Source: Alkalilimnicola ehrlichii MLHE-1
Lineage (GTDB): Bacteria; Pseudomonadota; Gammaproteobacteria; Nitrococcales; Halorhodospiraceae
Assembly: GCF_000014785.1 (NCBI RefSeq)
Contig: NC_008340.1
Coordinates: 420,001 to 452,000 of the forward strand
Direction of reading: 5' to 3'
DNA length: 32,000 nucleotides
Shown in pieces: positions 8,800-15,596 of this stretch. Every line of letters begins with the position of its first letter. Positions within the stretch are counted from its first letter, which is position 1. Under the pieces are notes generated by a model. That model was not told where the DNA came from and ran no database searches. It saw nothing but the letters and a program-made list of their open reading frames with translations. The position numbers were made by a program, and so were the translations under genes.

Positions 8800-8835
8800 T
8801 AAAACCGGAAACATTCCGTCTACTACCTGTTAGGC
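8800..8835 (+). other. attI region with crossover core G|TTAGGC (cut between 8829 and 8830)
   Basis: GTTAGGC at 8829-8835 is the exact reverse complement of the R'' core GCCTAAC (9177-9183) that ends the first cassette. It is located between intI and the first cassette ORF. The upstream extent of attI is not determinable by eye. Confidence 0.7.
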
Positions 8836-8858
8836 GAATGAAGTAAGGAGTTTCAACA

Positions 8859-9134
8859 ATGAGTGATTGTGAGTCCAGCCAATGGAGAGATGCGCTCGAA
8901 GCGGAGCTTAAGGCAACCGACAAGACCGATTTGGTGATTCCTTATGGTCAGATCGCTAAGGCTTTCCCTTCCTCGAATCCGCATCCTCGCACCTTTGAAC
9001 ATCCAATGATTGATGATGTCTCTCTGAGAAATTGGGGTTCTGAGAGGGGGTGGTGCATCGACTTGGCTTCGGAGATACTGCCCGAGGGTTCGGACTCTTT
9101 GCCGCCTGTCAGGTTCTACAAAGAACACCAGTAG
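8859..9134 (+). CDS. Hypothetical protein (cassette A, 91 aa)
   Basis: ATG is preceded by AAGGAG at a 9-nt spacing. It is the only sizeable sense ORF in a 440-bp cassette. No motif was recognised. Confidence 0.6.
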   Translation: MSDCESSQWRDALEAELKATDKTDLVIPYGQIAKAFPSSNPHPRTFEHPMIDDVSLRNWGSERGWCIDLASEILPEGSDSLPPVRFYKEHQ

Positions 9135-9176
9135 AGTGAGCTTGGTGTTTCCGCCGATCCTTAGCAGCTTCGGATC

Positions 9177-9275
9177 GCCTAACAAGTCGCTCAAGTTCGC
9201 TACGGCCCTGGCGGGCCTCCGCCGGACGGCTTTTCCGCTGCGCTCCAAAGCCGCCGCTTAGCTCAAACGTTAGCA
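9177..9275 (+). repeat. attC site of cassette A (~99 bp)
   Basis: R'' is GCCTAAC (9177) and R' is GTTAGCA (9269). An internal 7-bp stem CGGCTTT/AAAGCCG closes a TCCGCTGCGCTCC loop that is shared with the other attC sites. Confidence 0.8.
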
Positions 9276-9302
9276 ATACTCAGATTTTCAGGGAGAGTGT
9301 AA

Positions 9303-9713
9303 GTGTCTGGCCTCGTAGAAACCTTCAATATGACTTGCCAGGACGTTGCGTTACTTTGGACTTGTCCGGTTATCGCCGGAGCGGCCAGTTTGGTTAGGGG
9401 GTGGACTTCTGAGTTAGATCTAGTGAAACCCCCGGTATATGAAACCCTTAGTCCAGACGAAGAAGATAGAAAACCAAAACAAACCTCCGAAAATAAAAGA
9501 CAACGAAGCTACTGGGTAGTTGGGATGTTACTGGCCGGGGCAGGAATTGGTTTGGGCTTGGCTCTACTTTTCCTTGGGGCTATACAGCCAACAAGCAGTG
9601 CAGTTGGCAGAGTTTGGTTGCTAGCATTGGTCCTGGGCTATTCAACCCCAATAGTTCTCAAACAAATTGATGGCAAGGTCGAGAAGGCCATTGCTGAGGT
9701 CGACAAAATCTAG
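9303..9713 (+). CDS. Small membrane protein (cassette B, 136 aa; start uncertain)
   Basis: GTG at 9303 follows GGGAGAG; an alternative ATG is at 9330. There is one N-terminal and two C-terminal hydrophobic helices ([41 protein letters not shown]). The stop TAG abuts the R'' core. Confidence 0.55.
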   Translation: MSGLVETFNMTCQDVALLWTCPVIAGAASLVRGWTSELDLVKPPVYETLSPDEEDRKPKQTSENKRQRSYWVVGMLLAGAGIGLGLALLFLGAIQPTSSAVGRVWLLALVLGYSTPIVLKQIDGKVEKAIAEVDKI

Positions 9714-9785
9714 TGCTAACAAGGTGGTCAACGGGACGCCAACTACGCTGCGCTCCGTTGGTGCCCGTTACCACTGGCGTTAGCA
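9714..9785 (+). repeat. attC site of cassette B (72 bp)
   Basis: The site reads TGCTAAC-aag-GTGGTCAACGGG...TACGCTGCGCTCC...CCCGTTACCAC-tggc-GTTAGCA. The L''/L' arms pair with one bulged base. Confidence 0.85.
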
Positions 9786-9798
9786 AGAAGGAGCAAAG

Positions 9799-10680
9799 AT
9801 GGCCGTAGGAGATTGGTTCAGCACATTCTGTGGGAATATCAAGGTCAGTAATAAGGACTCAATATCAAGACGATATAAAGCTATTACAAGAAGACTGAAT
9901 ACTGATTTTTGGGATACAGTTTCTGACACTTCGCACAGTCTTTATGTCGGATCCTATGGTAGAAACACCGCCGTGGGGGGCTTTAGTGACCTTGATATGT
10001 TGTTTCGTTTGCCATATAGCGTCTACGAACGATACAACAATTATAATGGAAACGGCCAGTCTGCATTGCTCCAGGAAGTAAAGCGCTCCATAGAACGAAC
10101 CTATGCCACCACCAAGATTCGTGGTGACGGTCAAGTAATTCTGGTTCCATTTGATGATGGTCTCACTTACGAGGTTGTTCCTGCATTTGTTAATAAAGAT
10201 GATAGCTTCACCTATCCTGATGCAAATAATGGCGGCCGTTGGCGTACCACCAATCCAAAACCAGAAATTGAAGCAATCAGGACGAGGAACAACCAGTGTA
10301 ACAAAAACCTGATTTGGCTTTGTAGGATGATGCGTATTTGGAAAAGAAAATGGGATGTTCCGATAGGAGGCTTGCTGATAGACACGTTGGCCTACCAGTT
10401 TATTGAAAATTGGGAGTATAGAGATAAATCATTTGTGTACTATGATTGGATGTGTCGCGACTTTTTTAATTTTATGGCAAATCAGGATAAAACAAAGGAA
10501 TACTGGAAAGCCCCCGGTAGTGGTCAGTACGTTTATGGCAAAGATTTGTTCCAATGGAAAGCAAGACGTTGTTGCAATATCGCAATAGAGGCATGTAAGC
10601 ACGAGTCAGCAGACCCTAAACGTGAATGGTCAGCCAAACAGAGCTGGAGAGAAATTTTTGGAACCAAATTCCCAAACTAG
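9799..10680 (+). CDS. cGAS/DncV-like (SMODS family) nucleotidyltransferase
   Basis: AAGGAG RBS. The pol-beta NTase signature is GSYGRNTAVGGFSDLDMLF (GS...DxD), with a third acidic strand LTYEVVPAF. The helical C-terminal half (LCRMMRIWKRKW, GGLLIDTLAYQF) is typical of CD-NTases. It is paired with a SLATT gene. Confidence 0.8.
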   Translation: MAVGDWFSTFCGNIKVSNKDSISRRYKAITRRLNTDFWDTVSDTSHSLYVGSYGRNTAVGGFSDLDMLFRLPYSVYERYNNYNGNGQSALLQEVKRSIERTYATTKIRGDGQVILVPFDDGLTYEVVPAFVNKDDSFTYPDANNGGRWRTTNPKPEIEAIRTRNNQCNKNLIWLCRMMRIWKRKWDVPIGGLLIDTLAYQFIENWEYRDKSFVYYDWMCRDFFNFMANQDKTKEYWKAPGSGQYVYGKDLFQWKARRCCNIAIEACKHESADPKREWSAKQSWREIFGTKFPN

Positions 10681-11233
10681 CAATAAAGGACTGGCATACC
10701 TCGAAGAGCAGATTCGGGAGTGCTATGGCCGGGTCGTTTATTCGCATAAAACACATGAGAAATGCGCCGATATTCTTCTGAGTCGGCTTTCAAGTATAAA
10801 GATTGCACAAATTATATTGTCTGCGCTTAGTACAGCCGGTTTCGTTTCGATAATTTTTGGAACTGGGGAAGTTGGGGCGATTGCTGGCGGCTTAGTGTCG
10901 GTTGCATTACTTGTTCTGAATGGGTACACAAAAGATTACGACCTCGGTCAATTGGCGCAGAAGCATCGTCAAGCTGCTGCTGACCTCTGGCTGATTCGCG
11001 AGCAGTATCTCTCCCTTCTGACCGACTTGCGTTCCAATTCAAGCAGTGAAGATGAATTGCGAGAAAAGAGAGATGACTTATTAACCGAGTTGCATGCTCT
11101 TTATTCAGGTGCGCCCAGCACTAATTTTAAAGCATATAAAAAAGCACAAGAAGCCCTGAAGAACCTTGAAGATATGACTTTTTCCGATGAGGAAATTGAC
11201 GCATTTTTGCCAAAGAGTCTGAAAAAGTGCTAA
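10622..11233 (+). CDS. SLATT-domain two-transmembrane effector (start uncertain: GTG 10622 or TTG 10658)
   Basis: It overlaps the end of the NTase gene. GGAGAG lies 6 nt before TTG 10658. The ECYGRVVYSHKTHEKCAD motif is followed by two adjacent hydrophobic helices (IAQIILSALSTAGFVSIIF, AIAGGLVSVALLVLNGY) and a helical tail, as in SLATT proteins. The stop TAA lies inside the attC R'' core. Confidence 0.72.
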   Translation: MNGQPNRAGEKFLEPNSQTSNKGLAYLEEQIRECYGRVVYSHKTHEKCADILLSRLSSIKIAQIILSALSTAGFVSIIFGTGEVGAIAGGLVSVALLVLNGYTKDYDLGQLAQKHRQAAADLWLIREQYLSLLTDLRSNSSSEDELREKRDDLLTELHALYSGAPSTNFKAYKKAQEALKNLEDMTFSDEEIDAFLPKSLKKC

Positions 11234-11297
11234 CAAGTGGCTGTTGGCGGACGTGCCTACGCTTCGCTCCAGCACGCCGCAAAGTCAAGCGTTATAG
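11228..11297 (+). repeat. attC site of cassette C (70 bp)
   Basis: R'' is TGCTAAC (11228) and R' is GTTATAG (11291). The central stem is CGTGC/GCACG around CTACGCTTCGCTCC. Confidence 0.8.
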
Positions 11298-11325
11298 GTC
11301 ATCGTAGTCAAATAGGGATGTAGGC

Positions 11326-12441
11326 ATGAGGGAAGAAGAGAACGAAGAAGAAATCGATCTGCTCAGCGAGGAAGAACAGGCTGAGCGGGAAGAAAAGCTG
11401 GCGAAGCTAGAAAAAGAAAAGAAGGAGCTTTTGGCATCGTTGGCCGGAGGCGATTTCTCCACGCTGAAGACGAAAGTCGCCTATATCCTGAATTTGTACC
11501 CGCAGGCTCGCAACAGCGACATTACTCTATCAATAAAATACTGGGAAACTTTTCAGCCTGATATTTATAACGAATCGGGCATTCTCCCCAAGGACCTTTT
11601 TAAATTGGAAAGGTTGCACTACATAGTGCGCGCGAGAGCGAAAATTCAGAATGAATATGGCCTATTCACCTCTGACTCACCCGTAAAAAAATTCCGCAAG
11701 AAGCGTGAAGAGGAAATGCAGGATGAGGTTCTGAAAGACGCCAGCCCTCGGAAGGTTGTCACTGTCTTTGCCGACGAAACAGGTAAGAACCAAAACTATG
11801 TCGTTGTGGCCTCAGTCTGGGTTCTTACCGGAAGAGCGGTTTATACAATAAGCAAGAGCATCTTAGACTGGCAAAGCTCATCCCTATGGGCCAACAGAGA
11901 AATCCACTTCACAAAGTTTGGCAAAAGAGACAGTGACACGCTCGCTGAATATCTGAACATAATTCAGGCGAATCGTGAATTTTTAAGCTTTAAGGCTATA
12001 GCAGTAGAGCGCAGTCGCACAAAGCGAAAGATTGAAGCTGTTGTCGAGAAGCTGCACGAGCATATGCTCATAAATGGCGTAGAGCACGAGGTCGAACATC
12101 ATCGCATTAGCCCGCCTCAGACTATCAACGTTACTTTGGACGAAGAGCAGTCTTTAGATGCAATTACTCTCGCTGAGGTGAAACGTAGGGTTAATTCTCA
12201 TTTTGAAGACAGGTTTGGTGATGAGATGGCGATGGGCACGCTGGAATCGGTTTCTTCTCGAAAAAGCCCTATGGTGCAGCTTGCCGATCTCATCGCAGGC
12301 GCGATTAACCGAAGGCTTAACCACACCGGTGATAAAAACTACAAAGATGAGATGGCTGGCAGGGTTATTCACGCGCTAGATCTTCAGCTTGGTGAGGACG
12401 AGGTAGACGGAATTGATGTCACAACCTTATTCAAAATCTGA
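11326..12441 (+). CDS. DUF3800-domain protein with ~140-aa N-terminal extension
   Basis: 371 aa. The C-terminal two thirds carry the DUF3800 landmarks VTVFADETG (conserved D-E), REIHFTKF and MVQLADLIAGAI. The N-terminus is an acidic/lysine coiled-coil (EEENEEEIDLLSEEEQAEREEKLAKLEKEKKEL) plus a helical module (LYPQARNSDITLSIKYWE). Confidence 0.7.
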   Translation: MREEENEEEIDLLSEEEQAEREEKLAKLEKEKKELLASLAGGDFSTLKTKVAYILNLYPQARNSDITLSIKYWETFQPDIYNESGILPKDLFKLERLHYIVRARAKIQNEYGLFTSDSPVKKFRKKREEEMQDEVLKDASPRKVVTVFADETGKNQNYVVVASVWVLTGRAVYTISKSILDWQSSSLWANREIHFTKFGKRDSDTLAEYLNIIQANREFLSFKAIAVERSRTKRKIEAVVEKLHEHMLINGVEHEVEHHRISPPQTINVTLDEEQSLDAITLAEVKRRVNSHFEDRFGDEMAMGTLESVSSRKSPMVQLADLIAGAINRRLNHTGDKNYKDEMAGRVIHALDLQLGEDEVDGIDVTTLFKI

Positions 12442-12444
12442 CAC

Positions 12445-12516
12445 CTATAACCAATGCGTTAACGGGACTGGTTTTCCGCTAGCGCTCCAAACCAGCCCAT
12501 TACGCAGGCGTTGGGC
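12445..12516 (+). repeat. attC site of cassette D (72 bp)
   Basis: The site reads CTATAAC-caa-TGCGTTAACGGG-[CTGGTTT TCCGCTAGCGCTCC AAACCAG]-CCCATTACGCA-ggc-GTTGGGC. R'' is complementary to the cassette's first bases TTATAGG (11292). Confidence 0.85.
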
Positions 12517-12526
12517 TTAGAAGAGC

Positions 12527-13120
12527 ATGGACATTAATATCGCTGTCGCACTTATAGCCGGATCAATCACGGCCCTCGGTTGGTTAATAAACCACATATT
12601 GAACTCACGCAGAGAAGCAATACGTGTCGAAGTTCAAGAAAATTTGAATTTCACAAAAGAGCAACTGGAAAAGCTTTACGGTCCGTTGGCATTTGTAATA
12701 CTTGAAGGTAGACGAACTTGGTCTGACCTTTTGGCGGTCCTTGGGCGGGATATTGTCTTCGATGGAGCCAGTGAGATACCAGAAGACGAGCAAGAAATTT
12801 GGAGGTTCTGGGTTGAATACGAGTTCTTGCCAAGAAATAAGAGAATTCGTGACTTGTTGGAGTTGAATGCGCACCTTATAGAAGATGATGGCATACCACA
12901 GTCCTATTCCGATTTTATTGAGCACGAAAGTTCATGGAGGCTTAGATATGCTCGGTGGGAAAAGGAGGGAGGTGAGTATCCGTGGACTTCATCTACCAAC
13001 TGGCCAGACCACTTTGAGAACGATGTTCTGAATACATTTAGCCTTTTGAAGGCGCGGCAGCATAAGCTGAGCGGGTGTATTACGAAGATCGCCCAACAAG
13101 TAGCTCCAGCGGATTCGTAA
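12527..13120 (+). CDS. Hypothetical membrane-anchored protein (cassette E, 197 aa)
   Basis: It has one N-terminal TM helix (INIAVALIAGSITALGWLINHIL) and then a ~170-aa soluble Trp/Glu-rich region with no recognised motif. The RBS is weak. The last 10 codons overlap the attC R'' core. Confidence 0.55.
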   Translation: MDINIAVALIAGSITALGWLINHILNSRREAIRVEVQENLNFTKEQLEKLYGPLAFVILEGRRTWSDLLAVLGRDIVFDGASEIPEDEQEIWRFWVEYEFLPRNKRIRDLLELNAHLIEDDGIPQSYSDFIEHESSWRLRYARWEKEGGEYPWTSSTNWPDHFENDVLNTFSLLKARQHKLSGCITKIAQQVAPADS

Positions 13121-13146
13121 ACTCGCCGCTGAGCTTGGCGTTGGGC
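13091..13146 (+). repeat. attC site of cassette E (56 bp, minimal form)
   Basis: GCCCAAC (13091) pairs perfectly with GTTGGGC (13140). The inner arms AAG(tag)CTC(c)AGCGG / CCGCTGAGCTT pair with two bulges. It lacks the apical stem-loop module of the other sites. Confidence 0.8.
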
Positions 13147-13161
13147 AACACAGGGGGCTAG

Positions 13162-13544
13162 GTGGATCAGAAACGCCTTCCACAACTGATAGAAGAACTT
13201 TACCGCGTCGTGGGCGAGCTGGAGGCAATGTTCCCCGGCAGGCACTTCACCCCCGATGGTCATCTGGTTGGGAGCCTTGGCGAGTGTCTGGCGGCACACC
13301 ACTACGGCTTGGAACTGCTGACAGCCTCTTCCCCGGGCGTGGATGCCATAAAAGGCGAGCTGAAGGTCGAAATCAAGGCAACCCAAGGCCAACGCGTTGC
13401 GCTTCGGAGCGGCCCGGAGCACCTGCTGGTTCTCAAACTGAATAAGCGGGGCGGGTTCTCGGAGGTCTACAATGGCCCCGGCAGACCCGTCTGGAAAGAG
13501 CTGGAGCGTAAGCCACGGCCGAGTAATGGCCAGTACCAGGTCTC
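13162..13544 (+). pseudogene. PD-(D/E)xK-like nuclease-fold gene, 5' part (cassette F), interrupted by an IS
   Basis: GTG start after GGGGG. GSLGECLAAHH ... GVDAI ... KVEIKAT has the E / D / ExK spacing of restriction-endonuclease-like folds. The track ORF tail 13545-13671 is IS sequence. Confidence 0.55.
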
Positions 13545-13667
13545 CCAAGTTCCACACTTCAGATCGAAAACCCAAGGGGTTGTGGGACGTAAGTGCTTGA
13601 AGCGATTGATCTGCGCGGCCAGAACCAGCCAAGCCGCTGTTGTGTCACGCGAATCCTATACTGGCTA

Positions 13668-13695
13668 TTGATTGCAGGTCTCTGGGTGGCATAAT
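13668..13695 (+). promoter_or_regulatory. Candidate sigma70 promoter of the IS transposase
   Basis: TTGATT-16 nt-CATAAT, ending 9 nt before the transposase ATG region (ATG at 13704). Confidence 0.4.
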
Positions 13696-13703
13696 GTCAT
13701 GCC

Positions 13704-15392
13704 ATGTACACGCGCATCACAAAGTCCGGCCCGCGCCGCTATTTGCAGTTGGTCGAGGGCTACCGAGACGCCAACGGCAAGGTTAAACAGCGTGTGGTAG
13801 CCAGCCTGGGTCGCCTTGATCAGCTTGAGGCAGCCGACCTAGAGCCGCTCATCAAGGGACTCCAACGGGCGGTGGGGCGTCCTGAATCATTGCCTGAAGC
13901 GCCTCAGTTCGAGACCGCCCGCGCCTTTGGCGATGTGTGGACCCTCCATCAGCTCTGGCAGGAGTTAGGCCTGGATGGGGCCTTGAAACGGGCTCTGCGC
14001 TCCTCCCGACGACAGTTCGATGCCGAGGCACTCATCCGAGCCATGGTTTTCAACCGCCTCGCTGAGCCGAGCAGCAAACGCGGCACGCTGGAGTGGTTGC
14101 GCGAGAGCACCAGCATGCCCGGGCTCGATGCCTCGACCGTGCACCACGAGCAACTCCTGCGTGCCATGGATGCGTTGGAGGACCACAAGGAGGCCGTGGA
14201 GCGTGCGGTAGCCGGCCAGTTGCGGCCGCTGCTTGACCAGGATCTCAGCGTCATCTTTTACGATCTCACCACGGTACGCATCCACGGCACCCATGCGATG
14301 GAAGACGATATCCGTCAGCATGGCCTCAGCAAGGACACCGCCGGTATTGGCCGCCAATTTGCGCTGGGGGTGGTCCAGACTGCCGAAGGCCTGCCGATCG
14401 CCCACGAGGTCTTCGAGGGGAATGTCGCCGAGACGCGCACCCTGGCCCCAATGATTGAACGTCTGCTGGAGCGTTTCGCGCTCGCCCGCGTGGTGGCGGT
14501 CGCCGACCGCGGCCTGCTCAGCTTCGATAACATCGACACTCTGGAGGCACTGGGCGTCGAGCAGGGGCTGGCGGTCGACTACATTCTGGCTGTACCCGCC
14601 CGGCGTTACGGGGACTTCACCGAGGTGATGGAGTCTCTGCATACGCAACTGGAAACCGCCGTCACCGAGCCTAGTCAGGACGTGGTGACCGAAACCACCT
14701 GGCAGGGCCGACGCCTGGTGGTGGCCCACAATGCCGAACGGGCCGCCGAGCAGAGCGCGCAGCGTCGGCAGACCATCGAAGAGCTTGACGCCCTTGGTGC
14801 CCAACTCGCCGAGCGACTCGATAATCAGGATGCTGGCCAGCCCGGTCGTGGGCGGCGTTCCACAGACCGTAGTGCCTACCAGCGCTTCCACAAGGCCGTG
14901 CTGGAGAGGCGCATGAGCGCGATCATCAAGGCCGATCTCGGCTCGCCGCAATTCAGCTACACCATCGATGAGCCCGCCTGGGCGGCTGCCGAACGTCTGG
15001 ACGGCAAGCTACTGCTGGTTACCAGCCTCACCGACATGGGGGCGGAAGCCGTGGTAGAGCGTTACCGCTCCCTGGCCGATATCGAGCGTGGATTCCGGGT
15101 ACTCAAGAGCGAGATTGAAATCGCGCCGGTCTACCACCGGCTGCCGGAGCGCATTCGGGCGCACGCGTTGATTTGCTTCCTCGCGCTGGTGCTCTACCGG
15201 GTCTTGCGCGGGCGCCTCAAGGCCGCCGGCAGCGCCTGCTCACCGGAAAAGCTGCTACGGAGCCTGCGGCAAATCCAGCGGCACACGGTGCGTGTGGGTA
15301 GCCGCGCCTACGAAGGGCTTACCCGACCCAACCAGGAACAGCTGGACCTTTTCGAAGCCGCCGGCGTGGAGGTTCCGAAGGCCCCTCGTTGA
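13704..15392 (+). CDS. IS1634-family DDE transposase
   Basis: 562 aa. The N-terminus MYTRITKSGPRRYLQLVEGYRDANGKVKQRVVASLGRLD is characteristic of IS1634-type transposases. The DDE context is VIFYDLTT, AVADRGLLS and YRSLADIERGFRVLKSEIEIAPVYH. Confidence 0.88.
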   Translation: MYTRITKSGPRRYLQLVEGYRDANGKVKQRVVASLGRLDQLEAADLEPLIKGLQRAVGRPESLPEAPQFETARAFGDVWTLHQLWQELGLDGALKRALRSSRRQFDAEALIRAMVFNRLAEPSSKRGTLEWLRESTSMPGLDASTVHHEQLLRAMDALEDHKEAVERAVAGQLRPLLDQDLSVIFYDLTTVRIHGTHAMEDDIRQHGLSKDTAGIGRQFALGVVQTAEGLPIAHEVFEGNVAETRTLAPMIERLLERFALARVVAVADRGLLSFDNIDTLEALGVEQGLAVDYILAVPARRYGDFTEVMESLHTQLETAVTEPSQDVVTETTWQGRRLVVAHNAERAAEQSAQRRQTIEELDALGAQLAERLDNQDAGQPGRGRRSTDRSAYQRFHKAVLERRMSAIIKADLGSPQFSYTIDEPAWAAAERLDGKLLLVTSLTDMGAEAVVERYRSLADIERGFRVLKSEIEIAPVYHRLPERIRAHALICFLALVLYRVLRGRLKAAGSACSPEKLLRSLRQIQRHTVRVGSRAYEGLTRPNQEQLDLFEAAGVEVPKAPR

Positions 15393-15472
15393 CCGTGTTG
15401 TGGCATTTTTCGAATTCCGGGCCTAACAGGATCAGATAGTTACGGCGTTAACTGTGGAACTTGGGAGGTCTC

Positions 15473-15596
15473 GCTGAAGCGCCTCAAGGCGGTCATGCAG
15501 CAGGTTCCGGAAGGGCAACGCCTCCCGATGCTGGTCCCGAACAATGCGCGCACGCCGACCGGCTTTTCCGCTGCCGGTCCCGAGCCGCTGGCTTGA
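15473..15596 (+). pseudogene. 3' part of the IS-interrupted cassette F gene
   Basis: Joining 13544 to 15473 (IS plus one AGGTCTC copy removed) keeps the frame: ...NGQYQVS LKRLKAVMQQVPEGQRLPMLVPNNARTPTGFSAAGPEPLA*. This gives a 168-aa protein. Confidence 0.55.

Larger units (their letters stand above)
13542..15467 (+). mobile_element. IS1634-family (IS4 superfamily) insertion sequence
   Basis: The perfect 15-bp terminal inverted repeats are CTCCCAAGTTCCACA (13542-13556) and TGTGGAACTTGGGAG (15453-15467). A 7-bp direct repeat AGGTCTC (13538-13544 and 15466-15472) overlaps the IR tips, so the exact ends are ambiguous by 2-3 nt. Confidence 0.8.

Noticed and set aside
8798-8826. Possible cassette promoter Pc: TTTAAA-17 nt-TACTAC just upstream of the attI core.
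   Set aside because: The -10 element matches only 3 of 6 consensus positions and the -35 only 4 of 6. I could not find a convincing sigma70 promoter by eye in 8579-8829, so the Pc location is left open.
7325-8833. 502-aa plus-strand ORF spanning the IS66/intI region and the attI spacer.
   Set aside because: It is antisense to the recognisable TnpC and IntI coding frames and has a low-complexity translation. It also crosses the IS/intI junction and the intergenic LexA-box region, which a real gene would not be expected to do.
8853-9248. 131-aa minus-strand ORF overlapping cassette A and its attC. A similar 242-aa minus-strand ORF lies at 12904-13632.
   Set aside because: Both run across attC boundaries (the second also enters the IS end). 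Both are antisense to ORFs that have proper RBSs. Cassette genes in this array are all plus-strand.
8830-9779. Cassettes A and B as a toxin-antitoxin pair.
   Set aside because: The two ORFs are separated by a complete attC and therefore belong to independent cassettes. Neither shows a known toxin or antitoxin motif.
13675-13681. A third copy of AGGTCTC inside the IS, just upstream of the transposase gene.
   Set aside because: A 7-mer recurring once in 2 kb is compatible with chance. It sits within the putative transposase promoter spacer and has no flanking similarity to the IS ends.
15393-15452. tRNA-like or att-like sequence near the IS right end (…TTTTTCGAATTCCGGGCC…).
   Set aside because: No cloverleaf can be drawn (no acceptor or T-arm pairing). 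The stretch lies inside the IS between the transposase stop and the right inverted repeat.
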